Part shown: one piece after another, positions 11,831 to 25,478 of the stretch
Layout: every line of letters starts with the position of its first letter
Numbering within the stretch: the first letter of the stretch is position 1
Assembly: GCA_043228905.1 (NCBI GenBank)
Contig: JBHGNT010000008.1
Span: 6,510,001 to 6,574,000, forward strand
DNA from: Azolla caroliniana
Lineage: Eukaryota > Plantae > Polypodiophyta
Direction of reading: 5' to 3'
DNA length: 64,000 nt
The notes under the pieces: generated by a model
What the model saw: only the letters and a program-made list of their open reading frames with translations
Told to the model about the DNA's origin: nothing
Databases searched by the model: none
Program-made: the position numbers and the translations under genes

Positions 11831-12965
11831 TCAATCGTTTAACTCTTCATCTAATTGACTAAGGATTTCAAATTTATTTGAGATACTTGGGCTATTAGTA
11901 CTATGAATACTATCAAACACTCTATTAGTACTATTAATACTATCAGACACTCCTAAGGGAAGAATTGACTTGGGTTTAGTACAGGCTACAATTTGATTTA
12001 CCTGTCTTCTTGGCCTATGGGGACAATTGATTGCGATATGCCCTGGTCCACCGCAATAAAGACATAATCGATTTGCACGTCGTCGTTGCTTTTCTTCTTC
12101 CGATAACGGGCCGCGTCGACGCATGGTATCGATCTCCATTGGTGTCGAAGTATTTGCTTGAGGTATGTCTCGTGCAAATGGTCTAGCTGCGACTGCGGCG
12201 TAAGTGGGCTCCGGCCTAGCGCGTGGTATCTGTAATTGACGTTCCGAACGCCGTTCGAAGAGGCGGTTGTCACATCGGACAGCTCGACTGATTGCCTCCG
12301 TAAGAGACTTTGGTTCTTCGGGGAAGGTTAGAAGTAGATCTTTGACATCATTTCGCAGGCCATAGCTAAATTGCTCCATTAGTGCTTGATCATCCCAGGG
12401 TATGTCGGAAGCGAGTAGGCGGAAATCCGCCGCATAGGCAGAGGCTGGACAATCGCCTTGATGCAATTGCCGGATCTTGTTGATTGCCGTCCTAATGTTG
12501 TCGGTGTCTCCAAAGCAGGCTTTGAACTCACTAATAAAATCTTCAAAGTTATTAAGCAAGGGCGATTGTTTTTTTAAAAGCGGAGCGAACCATGCTAAGG
12601 CTGAGCCGCTAAGCAACATGCCTATTAAGCCGACTCGGGATGCATCAGTGGGGTATCGAGAAGGATGCATTTGGAGGACTAATCGTACCTAATTAAGGAA
12701 TCCCCTGAATTGCGATCGCGTTCCATCAAATTTCACAGGAAGTCCAATCTTCGGCTCTTTATGAAATCCTTGGGGACTTGATCCTTGTTGTTGCAATGCC
12801 ACTTCGAGTTGTTGCACCCGTAACGCTAACTCCCCATGTTGTTGCTGCGTTTGTTGCTTTTCTAGAGCGATTTGTTGCAGATCCCCTATCAGCCGTTGGT
12901 TTTCTTGTTCCAGGGCAACAAACTTTTCTTTTAGGCACTATTATTGGGCGCTAACAGTAGCCATA
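11831..12965 (-). pseudogene. gag: Chromovirus gag with zinc knuckle
   Basis: ORF 11831-12670: ALAWF, PMEID, CLYCGGPGHIAINC; degenerate 5' part extends to ATG near 12964. Confidence 0.9.
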
Positions 12966-13664
12966 GTAGAGGGAAAAGGGTAGGAGGATGAGGGAGAACG
13001 ACAAGTAGGCTAGAGGAAAGAGGAGAAAATTGGTTCAAACTGTCAAGAATAGTACTAAAGCAGAAATGGAATTAGTACTAAGAAGAGTAGTACTATTAGT
13101 ACTAAGAGGACGGTACTGCGTAAGATTCCCGAGAGAGAGGAAGTGAGAAGAGGAGAGAGAGAGATAGGATGATGACAGCAGCTCTTATATTATATAAAAG
13201 ATAAGTACAAATCGGCTAAGAGGCTTAAGACTAGTGTTGAACCAATTTGGTTCAAAACAATGCCTTGTGCCTCCTTTTATAGTGTTTTTAGGAATAATCT
13301 TGAAGCTTCTAGAATGTTCCAGAGAGAGCTGGAATATACATCAATTTTCTATGATAAAGCATAAATGAAAATAATATCCTACAAGTTACAATTCATAGTC
13401 TAATGGTAAGAGCTCGACCCATGTAGCATAAGGTCATGGGTTTGAGTCTTGGCATATCATGATAGCCATCTCCATTAGAAATTTTTTTGTAATCCCAATC
13501 TTGGGATTAATTGTAATCTTTCTTTCTACTTGTTAATGAAATTTGTTAATCTTTCTCATTTTGGTTAATTCTTAGTACATAAATACACGAATTTGATATC
13601 CTTTAGTCAAAGGCCCCGAGGTCTTGCCTCAACGTTCACGTATCCTTGTCGTATTTTCGCGACA

Positions 13665-13990
13665 ACGTATATAACCCATTCATAAGTAGTCGTTGAGTTG
13701 CTTAGATACCTCATCCTCTTCCGATAGACTTAAGCGGTGAGGTATACTTATTGGTGCAACGCTAGGTAAAATATCTATATGATGGTCTATATTACGTATA
13801 GGAGGTAACCCATGTGGTAGTTCATTCGGAAAAACATCACGAAAATCATTTAAGATTTCATTGAGCTGTTGTTGTTGAAAATATGATAATTGAACCGAGA
13901 CATTATCAATATTGTAAATTTGAATGTCTGGATCAAGTACACAATAAAATAATCGAAAGAGATTGTTTTTTAACACATTGAATAAAATGA
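13665..13990 (-). pseudogene. pol: Gypsy pol fragment (RT N-terminus), element K
   Basis: FRDVFPNELPHGLPPIRNIDHHIDILP. Confidence 0.8.
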
Positions 13991-14156
13991 GTACAATCGT
14001 TCAGTACAAAAGTAATTGAATGATGAACCCAATATTTAGATAAAGAAGATTTCTTATTATAAAACCAAGGATAACCCAATATTACATCAATGGTACAAAG
14101 ATTCACAGCATGGAAGTCTACTTCCTCTACATAAGTATCAATTGAAATTCCTAATG

Positions 14157-17100
14157 AAGCTTTAATGGAAGTTGTATTGCGTTGTCTATATCTCTCTCTC
14201 AGAGACTCAATATATCATATATGATCAAGTGGAAGTTTTGCACTTTACAACGTTAAGTTATCGCTTAACTACAAAACCCTAACTATATGTACGAGTTCAC
14301 ACTAGGATACAAAGTGGAAGGAGTCGGCCTTTTATGCCAACAAAATCCTCCGCAAAAGGACTACTATTTTCTTCATGTACATGTGTTTGGGGTTGTCTCC
14401 CTTGTAAACTTAGATTACAACACTAGTCTAAATTTATGTTACAAGTCATTCGGCATGTAGTTGAGTTGGCATAGGTGACGTCCGTGTCGAGCCTAGTATG
14501 GCTTATTATCATGATTGATTTGGTCGACTCTTGACTTCTGCTACTTGTTCGGCTTTCTTCTGCTCGATCGCTTGTCATAGTCCCATCTTTGTCCTTAGTG
14601 CTCCGAAGCATTGATCTAGGAGTCATTTTGTCAGGCAATCGACGATGTTCACCTTGGTGTCAATCTTCTGTATCTCGAGCTTCTTCTTAGTTGTGAGCTC
14701 CCGGATGTGATGATACCGTACCTCAATGTGCTTTATCTTTACGTGATAGACGGGATTGTTAATGAGGTGAATTGCGCTCTGTGAGTCGCAATAGATGGTT
14801 GGCACAAGTCGGTCGGTTTGGCTTATAGTTAAGAAGTCAGCAGACAGTCGATGCAGCCAAATCGCTTCCTCCGATGCTACTATGTACTCGGCTTCTGTGG
14901 TCGACAGAGCTGTGCACTCTTGAAGTTTAGACCTCCCTGATATCGCACCACCACCATAGGTGAAGATGTAACCTGATGTCGATTTCCGATTGTCTGGGTT
15001 CCCGGCATAGTCGGAATCGGTGTAGCCTTCGACTTTGGCTGAGGTTGTCAGTCTGAAAGTTAGTTGTGCATCCATGGTTCCTTTCAGATACCTAAGAATG
15101 TGCTTGACAACCTCCCAATGCTTTCGTCCTGGATTTGACATGTACCGGCTGACCACTCCTATAACATGACATGAGAATCGAGTCGCCACCATTGCGTACA
15201 TGATACTTCCTATGGCCGATGTGTAGGGCATCTTTCCATTAAGCTCTCTCTCCTTGTCCGTTGAAGGAGAGTCTTTGTCCGATAGTTGGAAGCGGTGTTG
15301 GTGTTGGCTTCACATTCTTCATGTTGAAGCGCCTTAGCACCTTCCGAATCTAGTCGGACTAGGAGAGTCGAAGAATCTTGGTCATCCGATTTCACTCGAT
15401 TCTCATGCCCAGTATGTCACGGGCTTGTCCGAGTTCCTTCATCGAGAACTTGTCATGAAGGCTCCGCTTCAGCTTTTCGATCTCTGCTTGATTGCTTCTT
15501 GCAATCAGCATGTCGTCGACATATCGGATCAGATAAATCCTAGACTCATCGGCCAGTTGTTGAATATACATGCATGGGTCAGAGTCGGATCGGTGGTATC
15601 CAAGTTGCCTGATGTAGGAGTCAAACTTCTGATACCACATCTTCGGCACTTGTTTGAAGCCATAGAGCCCTTTCTTCAATCAACATATGAGGTGACTTTC
15701 CTCCCCCATTGTTGTGTAGCCATGTTTCGGCGTTTGTTGGGGCCGTAGCTTCCTCATAACTGCTTGGTTTGCCTGCATGGGTGTAGTTGACGTAGTCGAG
15801 GCCCGGTTGAAAAAAACTTTGTTGGCCTTCGAGTTCGTCCAGATCTCCCGGGTGCCAAGATAAGTGGTTTGGATTCTTCAATCAACTAGGTTGGGCGATC
15901 GGTCTTTGTTGAACCATTTGTGTCAGGAGTTTTGTTCGGTGACCTGTCCCCAAGTGGGGATTTCGGTGGTATCACCTTGTCCTCCCCTATGGACTTTATC
16001 GACTCGGTTATGTTTCCTACTCGCATCTTGTTGACTTTGCTTGCTTCAATTCTTGTCAAATTGGCTATGTCGTTGATGGCTTTGTCTTCGAGTTCGACTA
16101 GTGGACTTCCTACCGATTCAAAGTCGGCAGTTATATTGTCGGCTTGGTTGAGTTCAACTGTTTATCGAATCTATGAGTCGGCTTGGTGGGTCGGTTCTTC
16201 TATGACAACTCTGTCATCTTCAATGGATACCTTCTTACCAATTTTTCTCTGCTGGTTTTGCTAACATAAGATAGAATCTTTATTGAAGATTACGTCACTG
16301 CTCCGGATCAATCTCCGGTCTCAGGGTCCCATAGCCTATAGCCAAATTCCCCATCGGTTCCATAATCGAGAAATATGCATTTCGTTGCATGGGCTACCAA
16401 TTTTGTCCTTTTATCCCTGGGGATGAACGCGTAGGCTTCACATCGGATTATACGGAGCCTATCGTAGGTCGGTTGTTTGCCTGACCATAGTGCATGTGGC
16501 ACTTTGAGCCTGATTGCTCTTGACGACGCCAGATTTATCATGTATACTGCCGTCTACAATGCTTCTGCCAGAATTCCAGCTTCAGTCCGGCTTGCTGGAG
16601 CATTGCCGTCGCCATCTCCTGGATCGTTCTGTTGATCCATTCTGCCCCTCCATTTTGCATGGGTGTGTAGGGAACTATTTTTTTATGTCGGATCCCTTTG
16701 TTGGGTAGGTACTACCTGAAGGCTCTAGAGCTATATTCGCTTCCATTGTTGGATTGGAGTGTCTTCACTCTATGTCCCGACCGGTTCTCCACTTTAGATA
16801 TCCCCTTTAGAGTCGTTTTGTATCCGTCTTCAACTAGCATGCCGATGGAGACCAGACTCCTTTTCAGATCAGGTATGTGTTGAACTTGGTGCAGGGTTAT
16901 TGTGTTGCGGTAATCTGATGGGAACCTCTCCGGTCCCTGCTATTCTGCACTCCTGCCCGTTTCCTAGTCAAACTGTGCCTATGGCGTCGACTGAATAGTT
17001 CAAGAACCATTCCATGTTCGGGGTCACATGGAATGTGGCATCGGAATCCACTAACCACGTCTGTGCATCCTATGCACTCTAGAGGACTTCTTGGATGACT

Positions 17101-18890
17101 GACTCCTCTAAGGAGAGAATTTCTCCTGATCAGGTGTCGGCAACATTGATTTGGTTGCCTATAGGAGAGTAGTCCGAGTTGGGTCGTCCTCGATTCCGTT
17201 CGGATAGCTAACCACTTTATTTTCTCTTGATTGACCAACAGTCGGAAACATTGTGGCTAGCTTTTCTGCAGTGTGTGCAGAATTCACTTGATCGCCCCAT
17301 TCTCAACTTCGCCTGATGTGGGTCTCCCTTCGATTTTGACCGGTTGGTATTCTAACTGGTTTTATCAATTTGTTCTCTCGTTCGACTCTATCGGTCGAAC
17401 GACTCAGTCGAGTGATGGGCTTCTGCCGATTCATCGATGGTAAGTCACAACGATTTTCACAGAATGTCCTCGATGAGGACTTGGCCGATCGTCTCATCCA
17501 AATTTAGGATCCGTCGACAATTGGCGTATGTCATAAAGAATACCTCCCAACTCGTCGGCAAGCTCGATAGGAGGGCAAGGGCTTTCACTTCTTCTTCGAA
17601 GTTGATCCCTTGTGAGGAGAGTCCGGACAACACCCAACTGAAGGTGTTGATGTGGGAGGTAGCCGGATTGGTCTCTGTCATCTTCATGTTGAACAATTGT
17701 TTGATCAAGATCAGTTTTGAAGATGATGACTTCTTCTCATACATGGCTTGTATTTTCTCCCATAGTGAGAACATTGTCGTCTCTTTTGCCATGCTGAAGG
17801 AGACGTTTTCGGCTAGGTGCATTCAAATGATGGAGCATGCGATTTCATCCATTGATCTCCACTCATCGGTTGACATGGAAGCAGGATTTTTGGAGTCTCG
17901 AATGGTTTGACCTGTCTTCGAATAATCAGTATGTCCTACATCATCTCCTTCCATAGGGCAAAGTTTTTGCTGTCGAATTTTCGAATCTCAACTCTTGTAC
18001 CGGATGTTGATGCAATGATTCTTTCAGAAGTGGGATTTCTAACCTGGTCTTTTCTTTCAGCCTTTTTTGTTGTCTGTTGACTATTGTCGCCAAGCAGCAG
18101 ATCAGCTCTGATACCAGTTGAAGCGTGAGTTTATGCAGAAACGTATGAGGATTTGTCTTAGTTCATAGTAAAAAAACAACACACAAAGAGAAGCAAAGAT
18201 ATACACAGTTTTAAAGCTTTAATGGAAGTTGTATTACGTTCTCAATATCTCTCTCTAAAAGACTCGATATATCATATATGACCAATGTTACCGTACGAGA
18301 TGTACGGGTGATTGATAACTATGATCAGTGAGGATGAAAGATGTAATGTGTTTATATGTATGTGTAATGTTATACGATTGTGAGTGTGAATGTAAGTGTG
18401 AGTGTGGTGGATACAAAGAGGTGTGAGTGAGTGGTTAGGTGTGAATGCCCAAAGGGCTTGTACCCTTGTGTATCTACCCTTTTGTACATATTTAACCCCT
18501 TATGGGGAATGAATGAAGACAATAACCATTTCTCTCTCAATCTCTCTCTTGTCATCTCTCTCTTCCCTCCCCTTAACGTTGAACCCCCTTGGGAGGGGGG
18601 TGGAGCCATTCTAGGCGCCACCCCCCACCCCACAATGCTTCTCAATGCTTGTCTTGTTCTTCATGATCTCTCTCACCATCATATTTTCCATCATCTTCGT
18701 TATTACACCATGTCTATCTTCGTCATCGATAATCATCATTACCATTAACCCTAACCCTAAAACGTACAACAATCAAGTGGAAGTTCCGCACTTTAAAACG
18801 TTAGGTTATTGCTTAACTACAAAGCCCTAACTATATGTATGAGTTCACACTAGGATACAAAGTACAAGGAGTCAGCCTTTTATGCCAACA
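14157..18890 (-). mobile_element. Decayed copia J with internal deletions
   Basis: PBS TGGTATCAGAGC (18105-18116); 5' LTR 18119-18890; 3' LTR remnant ~14157-14342 with the same end TTTTATGCCAACA; gag 17457-17822, IN 16308-16541, RT YVDD 15392-15679, RH 14623-15231. Confidence 0.88.
18286..18771 (-). mobile_element. Solo LTR (486 bp) inserted in the 5' LTR of J
   Basis: TGTTAC..ACAACA; imperfect TSD ACCAA/ATCAA; absent from the other J LTR; reverse complement resembles LTR 41369-41784. Confidence 0.85.
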
Positions 18891-19900
18891 GTAAATCATT
18901 GGGTCCCAATACATAGTGAGGTAAAAGAACATTGACAATTACTTAAATGATGTGTATAGACCTGGAGGACATTAGGAATCTGACCTTTATGGTCTGCACC
19001 TTTTGTTTTGTTGTCGTGCTCTTTCCGTTGGAGCTTTCAACATTGCTCTTTTGTATGACCCTTCTTTTTGCAGAATACGCAAAAAGGACGTTGTCGCTTA
19101 CAATCGCGATCCATGAATTCGTTGGGTGTCTTGTGTTTCCCAACGAATTGTGACTGCTTAGTCCCAGGCGCTCTCTTGGGTTTGTTATGGTCCTTCTTCG
19201 AAGTGTATTGATAGAGAAGAACTATTTCAACGACCTCTTCAAAGGATTTTGGATCCTTATCGTGAACTATCCAGTGATAGTCCAAATTGGGGATGTCATT
19301 AACGAAACAAGCTATCAACCAATTGTGCCCTTCTAGACCCGATTTTTGGATTTGGGTTCTAGCAAGGTGAACATAGTCTTCTAGCGAGGAAAACTTTCTA
19401 CTAGAGATGTTCATTAAGACTTGTGCTACGTCAGTTCGAGATGGAGGTTGCCGAAATTGGCCCTTGAAAACTATGACAAAATCTGTCTAGGTTTCGGGCA
19501 ATTTCCCCAATGTTCGGAGACCACGCCACTAGGCGGCTGCATTACCCCCTAGTTCTCGGCCAACATATGCAATCTTCATACTATCTGGAGTGGGATAGAG
19601 CTCAATATGAGACTCCCATCGGCCCAACCACGTGCAAATTGCTTCTTCCGTTCTTTCCTTTTTTTCTCCTGTAAATGGCTTTACCACAAATGATGGTTCA
19701 CCCTGACGCTCATCGGGTCTATTAGTGTCACGTTGTAAACTAATGACACGTGCCTCGAAAGCACTTTGAGATTGCCGAAGTTCGGACATCTGATGAGCGG
19801 TTGAAATAAGGAAATATGACTAAATGGAGATTAGCCCAGGATGATTTCCTTGAGTTCCTTCTGCTTGAGCGGATGACATTGGGTCGTTATTATGAGCCAT
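18891..19900 (-). pseudogene. gag: Gypsy-type gag fragment, possibly the same element K as 13665-13990
   Basis: ORFs 19529-19789 (KPFTGE..TWL..A.W) and 19037-19414 with CVFCKKKGHTKEQC knuckle. Confidence 0.7.
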
Positions 19901-21303
19901 TGAATAGTTATTTCTGGCAAAGAAATAGGATAAGGTCAGATAAACAGTAATAATATCATGTCGTGATGTAAACATATCATGGGCAAACATTAATCGATAT
20001 CATGATCTCACGTCAATACCCCTCTAGACGTATGAGATGAGGTTCAAGATCTCACAAAGGTGTTTTAAAAATCAAGTGGGTGACAAATGAATGTCTTTCC
20101 CTGATCTCTATCGATTTTTTCATGGCGGCTCTCCGAGGCTCAACCATGTATGTTCGCGTCATGAATAGTTATACACGAAAAAAATGTTAACAATAAACTA
20201 TGTTTCTATGCCCACGTATGTGGTTTTGGCTCTTTCAATCCTATTACGAGGACCTCGAAGTGCACTTAGACCTAAAGTCTAAACATGTGTTATAGTCATA
20301 TGTATCAACAATGTTGTATGGTCTTGGTCATATTTGAACACTTGAGCTAACTGTGTTGGTACGTTATCTAACTTCAAGTCTCATAATTATGATGGCATAC
20401 GCCAAAGTGCAACCTAATGGTCAAGCCAAATGAGCCCTCTTTTCGTAGTAGGCCCATCACATGGTCATGTCATTACGAACGCCTTTCGTAAGACTCATCT
20501 CATGGTGGCATCATATCCATATAATGAGGGAGGGATGTTGGATATGTGTGTCATAGGAGCGACCTCACATGAACTGGGTCAAGCCCTACATTCTCAATAT
20601 CATTGTGGCTATCATCGTTTCGTTACTTAACGAAATCGAAGTGACCAACGGGGATGTCAACAAAAAAAAATGTTGAAAAAAGATGGTGACTACGCTGTTG
20701 TGAAGATTTTCGGCAATAGTGTGAAAATCCCATAAAACGTACGAAATCGAGTATGAATCACATAATACAATAATTGTGAAGATAACATTTTAAATAAATT
20801 TAATATCTAAGTACAAAATGATGGAGGTTTCGAATGCACTTTATTACACGAGAAACGGACAACTAAATGTCAAGATATGAGGGTATAAAGTTTGTGAAAG
20901 GAAAAGAGAAAATTGTGAGATATCCCACATAGGCACGACAAATACGGCTCTCATCATATATAAGGTAGAGCAAAAGCTATTATCTTTGTGTCTATGTGTG
21001 GAGCATAGAGAGTTCAAGGTAACTTGAACTAAGAGTGGAGGTGGGCTAGCTACTCGTAAAGGGTTTTGGCCAACCAAAACCGGACCGACGATGGAGCCAG
21101 TGATCCGGCGAGGCACCGGTAACCGACGGCATCTGGCGACGGTGAGGTGACAGCATCCGGCTGCAATCCAGCAAAGGCGAGGTGACGGCATCCAGTGTCG
21201 GCGAGGCACGAATAAAGAGTCTTAACAACCAAAGATCGGTCCAATTCCTAACGGTGCGAGCCAATCATGAAAGGAATCGAGATAGTCTCGGAGGTGAATC
21301 CTC

Positions 21304-24300
21304 GGATTTTTAGATCGGACTATTGAAGCATGGGGCACAAATAGTCCGAGCAATCACAAGACCCCACAAGAAAGAAGAGTGCGTGGATTGCAAGGAGAAG
21401 CAACATGTGTCACACCTAGTGGCGCATGTAAACTAGTACTACCCGACAAGAAGCACAAGTGCCGGATACAAGAATTCGAGAAGATGCTGAAAGAAGAGAA
21501 CATAATAGAAGAAGGAGAGTTCGTGACTCATATTATGGAAGAAGCCTCATTTAACGACACCATCGGCGAAATCGAGGACGTCGTGAACTTGAGCTATCTT
21601 CACAACCAACGCGTGATTTCGGTTAACTCCGTCAACATGTACGCTATCATCGATGAATACCGTCGTGGCATCTCGATGAAGGAAGCTGACATCAACACGA
21701 AATATAAAATGGTGGATAAGAGGATCAAGCCAGTTGTGGTTCAGCTACCGGAAGATAGCTGGCAAAAGATGAAGGAAGTCGCTAACGATCCAAGCTTAAG
21801 AGATCCGAAGAAGATAGGTCATGTCTTGACCAAAGAGACGAAGGGGAAGCTACGAGTTGGAAAGGAGGATTTCCTTCTCCCTGAAGAGGAGCGAATGTTT
21901 CACGATATGCTTGAGAGACATGGGAAGGCTTTCGCATTCTTCCCACGAGAAATCGGATGCGCTGACCCAAAGGTTATAGAGCCGATGGTGATCTTCACGC
22001 TGCCTCATGTGCCTTGGAATTTGAAACCGATACCGGTTCCGAGAGCACACCTTCCGAAGCTGATTGAGCTCTTAAAGGAGAAGGTGAGTATGGTAATTCT
22101 AGAACCGTCGAATGCTCCTTATTCCAATAGGTGGTTCACGGTGCCGAAGAAGAATGGATCATTGCGATTCATCCAAGATCTTCAACCCGTCACCAAGGTG
22201 ACAATTCGAAATGCTGGAATCGGTCCGAGCGTGAAAGAAGTTGCCGAAGCATTTGCGGGCCAGTCCATCTACTCCATTGACGATCGACAGTCGGGACATT
22301 ACAACCATGAGGACTCCAATCGGGCTTGTGTGGATGTGTACCTCACCCCAAGGCGCAACGAACTCGATGGCTCATATGGTGAATGCCATGAATAAAGTCT
22401 TAAAGGATTGCATCCCGGACATCACGATGCCATTCTTGGATGATATTCCGATAAAAGGATGTTCGAATGAGGAGAAAGATGAATTGAAAGATAAGGAAGG
22501 TTGTAGAAAGTTCATTGCGGATCATATGAAAGATTGCGAGAAGGTGCTTCAAAGGCACGAAGATGCGAATTTGACATTTTCGGGAGAAAAATCTGCTTTC
22601 GGGCAACCAGAGATCTTGCTGGTAGGTCACTTGTGTGGAGCATACGGCCGGAAGCCCTCGCCATCCAAAGTGAATGCAATCCAAGACATGAAAGAAGAAT
22701 GCGAAAACCAAACGGAGGTTCGAAGGTTCCTTGGAGCGTGCACATTTTATCATATATGGATTCCTCACTACGCTCATGTCGCCGAACCGTTATATGGACT
22801 ACTAATGAAAAGAATGAAGTTCAAATGGTGAGACGAGCACACAAATGCGATGCGAAGATTAAAGAAACTGCTTCTTGAAGCTCCGGCACTAAGGAAGGCC
22901 GACTATGCCGAAGGGAAACCAATTTACATGACCGTAGATACGAGCCCAACCGGAATCGGGTGGGTCATCAATCAAGAAGGTGAAGATAATGCGCGATATG
23001 CCATCCGGTTTGGAGGAAAGGTTCTCAGTGAATGGCAACAAAGATATGCCCAAGTCAAGCGGGAACTTTGAGGTATTGTGTCGGCAGTGAAAACGGACAA
23101 AGATTACCTGATCGGGTCAAAAGTGATAATAGAGACAGATTGTCTCCCAATTCTCGGAATGGTCTGGGGATGTGCGACCCCAGATCTTGCTATGCTAAGG
23201 TGGATCGCCTACATCAAATCTTTAAACCCAGAGATCCGTCACATTGCAGGGAAGAAGAACGCCATGGCTGACATGTTGTCAAGGGCAAGATTTTCAAATG
23301 GAAGTAACATGGTTTCGGAAGATGAAGATGTCGCCCTCGACTTCTTCAAGATGGCTCGATTGTCGGCGGAAGACCAGGACACGCAAACCCTCCACGCCTT
23401 CAACGAGAGCGAGTACGAAGGAGAGTGGTTACTCATAGGTAGATTCCTAAGAACATTGACGACAGATGCTTCGTTGACAAAGGAGGAGGCCCTACGAATC
23501 TGAAAGAAAACTTACCGATACCTCTTGAAGGGAGGATTCCTTTGGCGACATCCAAAAAGAAGGACAGGAATACCACGTCGAGTGGTGGTAAAGAAAGAAG
23601 AGCAAAAGTCGCTGATGACGAAATTCCATGAGAGTGCTTGGGCAAGTCATAGAGTAACATGAGCGACGTTCAAAAAGTTGAAGGAGAAGTACTGGTGGTC
23701 AAGCATGTACAAAGATGTACTCCATTTCATGTCCACATGCGAAACTTGCCAAATATATTCAAATATAGGTCATCGTGATGAGTTACAGCCGACATACCCA
23801 CACACCATACACTTCAAATGGATGGTGGATCTGGTCTCGATGCCAATGGGAGTGGGACAAATGAAGTACTTAGCGCTGGCAAGGGAAGACTTGCCAAATC
23901 AAGCGGGAAGGACAAGCCTTGACAAATAAGACAACTTCAGCCGTTTGCAAATTTCTGCTTGAAGAGGTTGTTTGCCGATATGGATGTGTAGTGAAGATAG
24001 TGGCTGACCGAGGGGAGTTGGACACGCACGAAGCGACGGAGCTTTTCGGAAGACTAGGCGTGAAGCTCTCCCTCACAACTGCCTACAATCCGGAAGCGAA
24101 TGGGAAGATCGAGCGAGGGCATGGACCTATCATTAAAGCCATTGTACGGGCATGCAACGGTCGAGTCGGGAATTGGCCACGACTATTACCCTATGCCTTG
24201 TGGGCCGATAGAATGACACATAGCTCGATGACAGGGTATATGCCGACGGAGCTTATGTATGGACAAAAGCCGATTATGCCCATCGAAAGGACGATCGCCT

Positions 24301-24764
24301 CATGGGTAGCGATACCATGGGAGAACGAGATGAGCCGAGAAGAGTTATTAGCGGCGCGGATAAGGCAACTTGAAAGAAGACCTGAAGATTTAGAAAAAGC
24401 GCAAAAGATGATGGAGGCAGCCCGAGTAAAGAACAAAGTTCAGTTCGACAACACGCATCGACTTCGTCCCAAGAAGATTGAAGAAGGGGATTGGGTTTTG
24501 GTTTATGACAACACCCTTGACAATCAACACAGTACAACAAGGAAGTTCGCAAGAAGATGGTTCGGGCCGTATGTGGTGACAAGTGCCAAGGATAATGCCA
24601 CATACCACCTTGGGGAACTAGACGGATCAAGGTTGGTCGTACCCATTGTCGGAAACAGAGTAAAGATTTTCGAGAAAAGACAAGACAAGGATCCTGACCT
24701 CAATCACCTCGACGATGAACATAATAGGGCAGATGTAAATGAAGACATGGAGGAATCTAATTGA
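21304..24764 (+). pseudogene. pol: Gypsy C pol (RT, RNase H, IN)
   Basis: PHVPWNLKPIPVP, PFLDDIPIKG, VDTSPTGIG, YNPEANGKIERGH, RWFGPYVV. Confidence 0.92.
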
Positions 24765-25478
24765 TCACCGTAGCCGAAATCTCACTTTCTCTCTTCTTGG
24801 CACGTACCGGAGGACGTGCGGTTTGGTGGGGGTGGATGTCGTGAAGATTTTCGGTAATAGTGTGAAAATCCCATAAAACGTACGAAATCGAGTATGAATC
24901 ACATAATACAATAATTGTGAAGATAACATTTTAAATAAATTTAATATGTAAGTACAAAATGATGGAGATTTCGAATGCACTTTATTACACGAGAAATGAA
25001 CTAAATGTCAAGATATGAGGGTATAAAGTTTGTGAAAGGAAAAAAGAAAATTGTGAGATATCCCACATAGGCACGACAAATACGGCTCTCATCATATATA
25101 AGGTAGAGCAAAAACTATTATCTTTGTGTCTATGTGTGGAGCATAGAGAGTTCAAGGTAACTTGAACTTAAGAGTGGAGGTGGGCTAGTTACTCGTAAAG
25201 GGTTTTGGCCAACCAAAACTGGACCGACGATGGAGCCGGTGATCCGGCGGCATCCGGTGCCAGTGAGACACCGACATCCGACGGCGAGGTGGCGGCATCC
25301 GGTGCCGGTGAGACGACGGCATCCGGTGAGGCACCGGTAACCGACGACATCCGACGCCGGTGAGGTGACGGCATCCAGCGGCGGCAACCGGCGACGGCAT
25401 CCGACGGCATCCGGCGAACCGACGTCCGGTGACTAGATAAATAAATATATAAATATATATACATATATACATATACAA

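Larger units (their letters stand above)
7994..13464 (-). mobile_element. Full-length chromovirus (Tcn1-like Ty3/gypsy), decayed
   Basis: LTRs 7994-8418 and 13041-13464 (~13 substitutions, 1 indel); TSD GCCAT 7989-7993 and 13465-13469; gag-PR-RT-RH-IN-chromodomain; PPT at 8419-8432. Confidence 0.95.
7950..13664 (+). repeat. LTR fragment of gypsy family E (~7950-7993 plus 13465-13664), split by the chromovirus
   Basis: Reverse-complement similarity to 53537-53770; ends ATTTTCGCGACA at 13664, flank ACGT. Confidence 0.8.

Noticed and set aside
14012-14156. J 3' LTR starting at 14017 with GTAAT/GTAAA TSD
   Set aside because: No similarity to the start of the 5' LTR; cannot be supported
19900-20690. 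Possible gene or LTR
   Set aside because: No recognisable motifs, termini or credible ORF
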